Source: Anaerolineae bacterium (lineage in GTDB: Bacteria; Chloroflexota; Anaerolineae; UBA1429). Taken from it: a stretch of DNA of 56,297 nucleotides. The position numbers were made by a program, and so were the translations under genes. Location of the stretch: assembly GCA_050942995.1 (NCBI GenBank), contig JBMNOI010000003.1:1-56297 (forward strand), written 5' to 3'. Shown here in pieces: positions 10,463-17,599 of the stretch (the first letter of the stretch is position 1; every line of letters begins with the position of its first letter). The notes under the pieces were generated by a model. It saw only the letters and a program-made list of their open reading frames with translations. It was not told the origin of the DNA and made no database searches.

Positions 10463-10667
10463 CTAGCGCTCCTCCTCGTGTGATGATGGAACAGGATCCT
10501 ATCCGTCGACGCCCGGTCAAACCCTGTCACGCCACACATTCGACGTTAGGCCGACGGTTTTCGGCGGATATCAGCCCGAGCCATGCGCCTCGCACTCCGC
10601 CGTTGGAGCGCGTGCGGGGCCCGTTGACAGGGCTGGTGAGCGCAGATACTGGGTAGGTATGAGGGCG

Positions 10668-10676
10668 ATTATACCA
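10668..10676 (-). promoter_or_regulatory. Extended -10 promoter (TGgTATAAT) for the SBP gene
   Basis: Consensus TGnTATAAT on the minus strand, about 200 nt upstream of the ATG. Confidence 0.6.
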
Positions 10677-10989
10677 CAATTCCTTTTGAGCATGAAAAAG
10701 GCCTCAACAGAATGAGGTGAATCCACTTGCCGGCCCTTCCCGCCACATGACCGATGACGGAATCCCCCCCATGTCACCGCGATTATAATATCCCATATGC
10801 TCCACGCGCTCCTCGTGCCCGATCACCCAAAAATCCCCCCGATGAATTGTGCAGGTTGACGGGCCAACCCGATGTTTGGTCGGCCTTTGCGGCGATGATA
10901 TAATGCCGTGAGGCCTCCCCCTCAGACAATCGTAGCAAAGCGCCCGTCCGTAGGGGCGGCCACATCATATCTTGAGGCGATTCGCACCG

Positions 10990-11901
10990 ATGACCCATAC
11001 GTCTCTGGCATTGCTCCTGACACTGGCCGCCATGTGGGGCGCTTCGTTCCTGTTCATCAAGATCGGCGTGGTCGAAATACCGCCCATGACCTTTGCTATG
11101 CTGCGTGTGCTGGTGGGCTCGATCTCACTACTGATTATCGTGCGCGCCGGCCGCCAGCGCATTCCCACCGATCCGGGCACCTGGGCGAGGCTGGCCCTGA
11201 TGGGGGCGATCGGCATCCTCATCCCTTTTGCGGCCATCACCTGGGGCACGCAACATATCCCCAGCGGCCTGTCGGCCATCCTCAACGCCGCTATGCCCCT
11301 CTTTACGGTGCTCCTGTCGGCCCTCCTGGGCGAGGAGCGCCTGACGGCGCGACGAATGGCAGGCATCCTCATCGGCTTTGGCGGGATCGTTGTGCTTACG
11401 GCGCCCCAGTTGGGGCAGGGGCTCGGCTCCGGGTTCTGGGGACAGATAGCTGTTGTTCTGGCCGCCCTCTCCTACGCCATCGCCATTCTCTACGCCCGGC
11501 GAAAGCTAAGCGACCAGTCTCCTATGATCAATTCTCTCGGGCAGGTAAGCACCGGCTGCCTCTTTTTCATACCTCTGGCGCTGATGGAACACCCCTGGAC
11601 CTATCCCATGCCCTCGGCGGCCGCTATCGGCGCAGTCCTGGCGACGGGCGTTCTGGGCACCGCCATAGCCTACATCATCTACTATCGCCTGGTTCAGACG
11701 GTGGGCGCCACAGGCACGTCGCTGGTGACCTATATCGTGCCGCTGTTCGGCGTGTTCTGGGGATGGCTGATCCTGCACGAGCGCCTGTCGTGGAACGCCT
11801 TTGCCGCGCTGGGGACCATTGTCGCAGGCCTGGTGCTGGTAAACGGACTGCCCGTGCGGACGTCCCGACGCCCCGCCCCGGCCACGGCGCACCGGGGATA
11901 G
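10990..11901 (+). CDS. DMT/EamA family transporter
   Basis: WGASFLFIK and two EamA repeats with about 10 TM segments; start set at ATG 10990. Confidence 0.88.
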   Translation: MTHTSLALLLTLAAMWGASFLFIKIGVVEIPPMTFAMLRVLVGSISLLIIVRAGRQRIPTDPGTWARLALMGAIGILIPFAAITWGTQHIPSGLSAILNAAMPLFTVLLSALLGEERLTARRMAGILIGFGGIVVLTAPQLGQGLGSGFWGQIAVVLAALSYAIAILYARRKLSDQSPMINSLGQVSTGCLFFIPLALMEHPWTYPMPSAAAIGAVLATGVLGTAIAYIIYYRLVQTVGATGTSLVTYIVPLFGVFWGWLILHERLSWNAFAALGTIVAGLVLVNGLPVRTSRRPAPATAHRG

Positions 11902-12019
11902 ACGCACCTCGATCGACGCTTGATCCCGCCAGACAGGCGGTATATGATGAGGACACTGACCGGCCGCCAATCGTCCGGCACCGTTGCCGTATTCACTGCG
12001 ATGAAGGAGAAAACGCCCC

Positions 12020-13516
12020 ATGAGTCAAACCCGAAACTATCTCGCCTTTGATCTGGGAGCCGAAAGTGGCCGCGCCGTCGTCGGCCGTTTCGACGGCGAG
12101 CGACTGACGCTTACCCCTATTCATCGCTTTGCCAACACTCCTGTCTCTGTGCTCGGTAGTCTGTACTGGAATATCCTGCGCCTGTTCGACGAGATGAAGG
12201 TAGGCCTGGGAAAATATCGCCGCGACAAAGACGGGCCGCTGGATGGCATCGGCATCGATACCTGGGGTGTGGACTTTGGCCTGCTCGACGCCAACGGGCA
12301 GCTCCTGGCAACCCCCCGACACTATCGCGATCCGCGCACCGATGGGATGTTGCAGGCCGCTTACGAGCGGGTGCCCCGGGAAGAGATATTCGAGCACACC
12401 GGCGTCCAGTTCATGCAGATCAACACCCTGTACCAGTTGCTGTCCATGCGCATGGCCGGTGACCCGACGCTGGATGCGGCCGACGCCCTGCTGATGATCC
12501 CCGACCTGCTGAACTACTGGTTCACCGGTGTGCGGGCCTGCGAGTTCTCGGTCGCCACGACCACCCAGTTCTATGATCCCCGCCGCCAAAGCTGGGCCTA
12601 CCCACTGCTGGAAAAGATGGGCTTGCCCACAGGCTTTTTGCAGGATATCGTCCCTCCCGGGAGCGTGTTGGGACCGCTGCATCGCTCTGTGGCCGACGAG
12701 GTGGGATTGCAGGGCGTATCCGTCATCGCCCCGGCCAGCCACGATACCGGCTCGGCTGTGGCCGCCGTTCCCGCACAGACCACCGATTTCTGCTACATCA
12801 GCTCGGGCACATGGTCGCTCATGGGCGTCGAGTCGCCCCACCCGGTAGTGACCGAGAGCACGCTGGCGTTCAACTTTACCAACGAAGGCGGTGTGTGCGA
12901 CACCTTCCGCATTCTCAAAAACATCATGGGGCTGTGGCTGGTGCAGGAATGCCGCCGCGCCTGGGCACAAGAAGGGGACGAGCTATCTTACGATGAGCTG
13001 ACGGCGCTGGCTGCCGGTGCACCGGCATTCGGTCCGCTGGTCGAGCCCGATAGCAACGACTTTTTGCCGCCCGGCGGCATGCCCCGGCGCATCGTCGATT
13101 TTTGCACGCGCACGGGTCAGCCGGCGCCCGATAGTCGGGGGGCCATTATCCGCTGCGCCCTGGAGAGTCTGGCCCTCAAATATCGCTGGTGCCTGGAAAA
13201 GATGGAGCAGATGATGGGCCGTCGGTTGAACACCATCCATATCGTGGGCGGCGGATCGCAGAACGGCCTGCTATGCCAGCTCACCGCCGACGCCACACAA
13301 CGCCAGGTGGTGGCCGGCCCGGTCGAGGCCACAGCGGCCGGTAACGTACTGATGCAGTTGCTGGCGTGCGGACATATCGCCTCGCTGGACGAGGGCCGGG
13401 AGGTGGTGCGCCGCTCCTTCGATCTTGTGACGTACGACCCCCGCCCGGCCACAGGATGGGATGAGGCTTATGAGCGATTCCTGCGCATTCGCGAGCAGGT
13501 GCCGGATATCGTGTGA
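12020..13516 (+). CDS. rhaB: Rhamnulokinase/fuculokinase (FGGY family)
   Basis: LAFDLGAESGR, GIDTWGVDFGL, HYRD.RT, HDTGSAV, ISSGTWSL, FTNEGG, GPVEATA. Confidence 0.88.
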   Translation: MSQTRNYLAFDLGAESGRAVVGRFDGERLTLTPIHRFANTPVSVLGSLYWNILRLFDEMKVGLGKYRRDKDGPLDGIGIDTWGVDFGLLDANGQLLATPRHYRDPRTDGMLQAAYERVPREEIFEHTGVQFMQINTLYQLLSMRMAGDPTLDAADALLMIPDLLNYWFTGVRACEFSVATTTQFYDPRRQSWAYPLLEKMGLPTGFLQDIVPPGSVLGPLHRSVADEVGLQGVSVIAPASHDTGSAVAAVPAQTTDFCYISSGTWSLMGVESPHPVVTESTLAFNFTNEGGVCDTFRILKNIMGLWLVQECRRAWAQEGDELSYDELTALAAGAPAFGPLVEPDSNDFLPPGGMPRRIVDFCTRTGQPAPDSRGAIIRCALESLALKYRWCLEKMEQMMGRRLNTIHIVGGGSQNGLLCQLTADATQRQVVAGPVEATAAGNVLMQLLACGHIASLDEGREVVRRSFDLVTYDPRPATGWDEAYERFLRIREQVPDIV

Positions 13517-13525
13517 GCGAAAAAG

Positions 13526-14671
13526 ATGCGGACTTTGATCTTCGGGGGCACGCTTCTGTTGCCCGATGGTCCTCTACCAGATGGTTGGTTGCTGGTTGAG
13601 GACAGGATCGTTGATCTGGGAGAGGGCGCGCCGCCCGACATTCAGGCCACGCGCATCGACCTGGAGGGCCAGACGCTGGCTCCGGGGTTTATCGACCTGC
13701 ACGCCCACGGGGCGGTAGGGTACGACACGATGGATGCGACGCCCGAGGCTCTGCGCGAGATAGCGCGTTGCTACGCCCGGCACGGCGTCACCGGCTTTTT
13801 AGCCACGACCATGGCCGCCCCCGCCACCGACATGATGGCGGCGTTGGAGAATATCGCGCGGGTGATGGCGGCGCCGGGTTCGGACGGCGCCGCTTTGCTC
13901 GGCGCCCATGTCGAGGGCCCCTATCTGGACGTGGCGCGGCGGGGCGCTCAGAACGCCTCTCACGTGCGCCACGCCCATCCGGCCGAATACGAGGCGTTTT
14001 TCCGCACCGGCGTGGTGCGGCTCATCAGTCTGGCCCCCGAATTTCCGTCTCATCGCGAACTTGTGCGCTATGCCACCGCCCACGGCGCCGTGGTGGCAGC
14101 GGCACATACCAGCGCCACATATGAGCAGATGGTACAGGCCGTCCACGATGGCGTCACCCAGGTGACGCATCTGTTCAACGGCATGGAGCCCCTGCATCAT
14201 CGCGAGCCGGGCGTGGTGGGGGCGGCGTTATCGCTGGACGAACTGCGCTGCCAGCTCATCGCCGACAACGTGCATGTGCATCCCGCCGTCCTGCGCCTGG
14301 CGGTGCGCGCCAAAACGCCCAACGGCATCCTGTTGATCACCGATGCCATGGCCGGCACCGGCATGCCGGACGGCGAGTATCGACTGGGGGATGAGCTCGT
14401 CATCGTGCGCGGTGGGGTGGCCCGCAACGCCGACGGAGCGCTGGCGGGCAGCACGCTGACGATGGATCGCGCCGTGGCCAATATCATGGCCGCCACCGGC
14501 CTGTCGTTGCATCAGGCGGTACGCATGGCCGGGGAGATACCGGCCCGCTCTCTGGGGATGAACGACCGCGGCCGGCTGGCAATCGGCGCAGCCGCCGACC
14601 TGGTGTCACTGGATGATGAATGTCGCGTCACCCTTACGATGGTCGGCGGCCGCATTGTATTTCGAGGATAG
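13526..14671 (+). CDS. nagA: N-acetylglucosamine-6-phosphate deacetylase
   Basis: PGFIDLHAHG, HVEGPY, THLFNGM, ITDAM, LAGSTLTM. Confidence 0.92.
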   Translation: MRTLIFGGTLLLPDGPLPDGWLLVEDRIVDLGEGAPPDIQATRIDLEGQTLAPGFIDLHAHGAVGYDTMDATPEALREIARCYARHGVTGFLATTMAAPATDMMAALENIARVMAAPGSDGAALLGAHVEGPYLDVARRGAQNASHVRHAHPAEYEAFFRTGVVRLISLAPEFPSHRELVRYATAHGAVVAAAHTSATYEQMVQAVHDGVTQVTHLFNGMEPLHHREPGVVGAALSLDELRCQLIADNVHVHPAVLRLAVRAKTPNGILLITDAMAGTGMPDGEYRLGDELVIVRGGVARNADGALAGSTLTMDRAVANIMAATGLSLHQAVRMAGEIPARSLGMNDRGRLAIGAAADLVSLDDECRVTLTMVGGRIVFRG

Positions 14672-14703
14672 AGCGTGATCGACAGCGATGGTGGCCGGGC
14701 GGG

Positions 14704-15777
14704 TCAGATCACTCCACGCTGCTCGAGATAGCGCTTAAAGATCTCTTCGAATAGCCGTACATCGGTGAGGGTGTCGCGCCCCGAGGCGCGCACCGGCTCT
14801 CCGTTCAGTACACAACGAACGAACGCCTCCACCTCACGCCGATACGACCAGGACCAACGCTCCCCCGGCAACGGGCGAGAGAAGGATTGAACCTGCCCCC
14901 CGTAATAGATCTCGACCTCGGCGGGCACATTCTTGAGCAGCAGAGGGGGCGCCCAGGTGCGAACCCAGCCATCACGGAAATAGATCTGCGTATGCTCGTC
15001 CCAAGAATAGTAGCTCAGGCGTCCCGTCTCGAGTACCGTACGAACCCCGCCCATCTCTAGAATCACGACGCCGGTATAGCCGTCATCGTCCAGATCCACC
15101 ACCCGCACATGCGCATCATCGCCGGCATCCAGCAGCCAGCGCAGCAGATTGATGTTGTGGGTATACTGCTGCAAATAACCCAGGTACTGCTCCGCATATT
15201 CGGCGGGTAGCCATTCGGGCAGACGAGGTGGTGGAGCCGGGGGCATGGGTTCGTCGGTTTGATCCATCGGCGTATCCAGCCCGCAGATCCAGTCCCCGCA
15301 AAAGCCGTGATTGCGGGCGTATATCAGATCGCCCAGTTCGCCCGAGGTACGAAATGCGTCGACCGTCTCTTTGACCCGCTCGTTGCCGGCATCGTAGCGC
15401 TTCATATAGCCGACCATCAACGTCACACCGGCGGATTCGGCGGCGTCGACCAGTTCCTGCGCCTGTTTCACGCTCACGGCCATGGGTTTTTCCATGAACA
15501 CATGCTTGCCGGCCCGCAACAGATCCAGCGCGATGTCGCCCTGCAGGCTGAACCCGGCCGAGACCGCCACGGCGTCGATATCGGGATCGGCGGCCAGTTC
15601 GTGGTGATCGGCGTACAGACGGGGGATATCCAGCCGCTTCGCCACCTTGCGCCCCAATTCCTGCCGCACCTCGGCCAGCGCGATCAAATCGCATTCGGCA
15701 ACGCTCAACAAGTTGGGCAGGTGCACCTTTTGCGCCATAAAGCCACAGCCGACATACCCCATTTGCAGCTTGCGCAT
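14704..15777 (-). CDS. Gfo/Idh/MocA family oxidoreductase
   Basis: GYVGCGFMA Rossmann motif, EKPMA, VGYMKRYD; start at ATG 15777 behind AAAGGAAAG. Confidence 0.88.
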   Translation of the reverse strand: MRKLQMGYVGCGFMAQKVHLPNLLSVAECDLIALAEVRQELGRKVAKRLDIPRLYADHHELAADPDIDAVAVSAGFSLQGDIALDLLRAGKHVFMEKPMAVSVKQAQELVDAAESAGVTLMVGYMKRYDAGNERVKETVDAFRTSGELGDLIYARNHGFCGDWICGLDTPMDQTDEPMPPAPPPRLPEWLPAEYAEQYLGYLQQYTHNINLLRWLLDAGDDAHVRVVDLDDDGYTGVVILEMGGVRTVLETGRLSYYSWDEHTQIYFRDGWVRTWAPPLLLKNVPAEVEIYYGGQVQSFSRPLPGERWSWSYRREVEAFVRCVLNGEPVRASGRDTLTDVRLFEEIFKRYLEQRGVI

Positions 15778-15818
15778 GGCTCGCTTTCCTTTCCGCGATG
15801 ATGTGATTCGACGATCGA

Positions 15819-16367
15819 TCAATCCTCAACGATGATGGTCTGGCGCACGACCTCTGGATCCTGAAAGTCATCCTGAGCATCGGTGGCCCGCGGCGAAAAG
15901 CTCCACACCAGAGCGCCCTCCGGGCCGGCCTGCATCCAGTGCCACGTATTGGGCATCACCGTGTACTGCTCACCGGGGTGAAGGATGATCTCGTGACGCG
16001 CGGTAAAATAGCGGGCGCGGTGCGCCGGGGGACGCCCTTGCGGCTCGGCGGTAGGCGGTCCGGGGACATAAAGGCGCAATGTGCCCCATTGACAGCGAAA
16101 CGTCTCTTCTTTGCCGGGATAATCGCCCATGGGCGGATGCTTATGCTCGGCAAAGGTCTGCCCGGGCAACAGAATCAGGATCTTGACACCAGTCACCTGG
16201 GTATTGACCAGCGTCATGATCTGCATACCGATCGAGTCCAACTCGCCCAGCCCCAGGTCGGCCACCTCGATGCCATCCAGTTCGTCATCGCACGCCAGAA
16301 TACCGGCCTTCTCGACCATCTCTGCCGCACGTCGGCGGGCCTGCTCATATTCGGACCGCGTGATCAT
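15819..16367 (-). CDS. D-lyxose/D-mannose family sugar isomerase (cupin)
   Basis: PGQTFAEHKHP..GKEETFRC, PNTWHWMQAG, SD AGGAGG. Confidence 0.85.
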   Translation of the reverse strand: MITRSEYEQARRRAAEMVEKAGILACDDELDGIEVADLGLGELDSIGMQIMTLVNTQVTGVKILILLPGQTFAEHKHPPMGDYPGKEETFRCQWGTLRLYVPGPPTAEPQGRPPAHRARYFTARHEIILHPGEQYTVMPNTWHWMQAGPEGALVWSFSPRATDAQDDFQDPEVVRQTIIVED

Positions 16368-16628
16368 TTTGCATCCTCCTTATGGTGGCGATCTGCCGGT
16401 CTGCCATATACGACACGAGCTGCCGATACAGGATATCGAGCGAGCGCCTGTAACCTCGTGTCATGGGGACAGATGTCAGTATAGCCTGTGCAAGGAGATG
16501 ATCAAGTGCTCAGAGGCATGTCGCCGTCACATGATAAGAGGGCAGAGACGTGGATTTCGGGGATAACATCTCACGGGCGATACGATGAGGGCCGGATATA
16601 CTACCGGGGTGATCCGGCGCATCCACAC

Positions 16629-16666
16629 AGTGAGGGCGGTCGGATCGTGATCCGGCCGCCCTCACT
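16629..16666. repeat. Near-perfect 18-bp inverted repeat (hairpin)
   Basis: AGTGAGGGCGGTCGGATC-GT-GATCCGGCCGCCCTCACT; the single mismatch is a G-U pair on the + strand. Confidence 0.75.
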
Positions 16667-16940
16667 ATTCAACACCATGCATTCGGTCGCCTTGAAAACG
16701 CTCAGGCCCACTTCATACCGCGAAAAACCTCCTCTGGTGTGCCCCTTCCCGGTATCTATTATCATCATCATACCCGAAAACCGTCGATTCGGGCGTTAAA
16801 GGAGGATTAATCGAACGTGAAGAAGGCGTCTCGATAGGGATTGCTCTATCGAGCGACCCGTCGACTCGACGCGAGCATGCGCAAAAGATGCTCGATAGGG
16901 AATATCGCCACGACGGCGTGCTTCAGGCGGAAATGCTAAA

Positions 16941-16969
16941 TTGCGGTTTGAGATGGACTGTGCTATAAT
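16941..16969 (+). promoter_or_regulatory. Sigma70 promoter TTGCGG-17-TATAAT with TG extension
   Basis: Direct motif match; no protein gene follows on this strand before the terminator. Confidence 0.65.
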
Positions 16970-16974
16970 GTAAA

Positions 16975-17102
16975 AAGTAAAAAGCGCCGATAGCGTGGTA
17001 GCGTCTCGGCGCAAAGCCCAAGTGAGGTAAGCACTTGCGCAATAAAAGTATACTATAAACCCGCGCTGGGTGTCAATGGTTGATCAGGCGCGGGTTATTT
17101 TT
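16975..17102 (+). ncRNA. Candidate ~125-nt small RNA (three hairpins, ends in a terminator)
   Basis: Bounded by the promoter at 16941-16969 and the AACCCGCGC/GCGCGGGTT hairpin plus T-rich tail; no family recognised. Confidence 0.4.
17047..17076 (-). promoter_or_regulatory. Sigma70 promoter TTGACA-18-TATACT, antisense to the candidate sRNA
   Basis: Direct motif match; followed about 60 nt later by a GCGCCGA/TCGGCGC hairpin and TTTTT. Confidence 0.6.
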
Positions 17103-17115
17103 CGCTGTTAGGCAC

Positions 17116-17151
17116 AAAAGCCCGCCGCTGGAGAAACCATGTGCGACGGGC
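17116..17151 (-). terminator. Terminator of the tRNA-Gly transcript
   Basis: GCCCGTCGC...GCGGCGGGC followed by TTTT on the minus strand. Confidence 0.6.
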
Positions 17152-17158
17152 AACTGAA

Positions 17159-17231
17159 AGCGGGTGATGGGATTCGAACCCACGACATCCTGCTTGGGAA
17201 GCAGACGCTCTGCCAGCTGAGCTACACCCGC
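17159..17231 (-). tRNA. tRNA-Gly (anticodon CCC), CCA not encoded
   Basis: GCGGGTGTAGCTCAGCTGGCAGAGCGTCTGCTT-CCC-AAGCAGGATGTCGTGGGTTCGAATCCCATCACCCGCT forms a cloverleaf. Confidence 0.96.
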
Positions 17232-17242
17232 GAGCCGAGATA

Positions 17243-17270
17243 ATTATAGCGCAGACGAACTAGCTGTCAA
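17243..17270 (-). promoter_or_regulatory. tRNA-Gly promoter TTGACA-16-TATAAT
   Basis: Perfect hexamers 11 nt upstream of the tRNA. Confidence 0.8.
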
Positions 17271-17349
17271 ATGTGTAGCAGGAATTGGAGTCGAAACAGA
17301 GACGTTGTGTCCATCGATTGATGGCACTACTCGAAGAAGGGACAGGTAT

Positions 17350-17378
17350 TTGACAAAATATCCGAATTCGTGTACGAT
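17350..17378 (+). promoter_or_regulatory. rpoC promoter TTGACA-17-TACGAT
   Basis: Motif match about 220 nt upstream of rpoC, divergent from the tRNA promoter. Confidence 0.65.
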
Positions 17379-17599
17379 GATTTGTCGCAAAAGAAGCCTC
17401 TTTAATTCATCAAATCCCGACAGGTGCCAATACGATACCCCCGCGATCTATCAGTGACGGTGCACGATTCTTTTGCTACAGCCAGGATCTCGGTTCTCAC
17501 ATCCACCCACGTAGAAAGGATAGGAGGATTTGGCCGGGATTTTTTGCGCTTCTCGAAAGGTTGCCGCACCACGTATACCTCAGCCAATAGGAGGTTACC

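Noticed and set aside
16669-16716. Selenocysteine readthrough of MKWA-TGA
   Set aside because: No redox motif, no convincing SECIS right after the UGA, and a second TGA follows soon.
16796-17014. 72-aa minus-strand ORF in the non-coding island
   Set aside because: No SD; it runs through a terminator hairpin and a promoter, and has no recognisable protein features.
17243-17270. Resemblance of TTGACAGCTAG...TATAAT to synthetic constitutive promoters
   Set aside because: Only the consensus hexamers and a few adjacent bases match; the context is a natural tRNA promoter with no vector sequence.
17100-17280. Prophage or integrative element at tRNA-Gly (or at the tRNA-Ala genes)
   Set aside because: No integrase and no duplicated tRNA 3' end in the window; the Ala pair are two complete genes.
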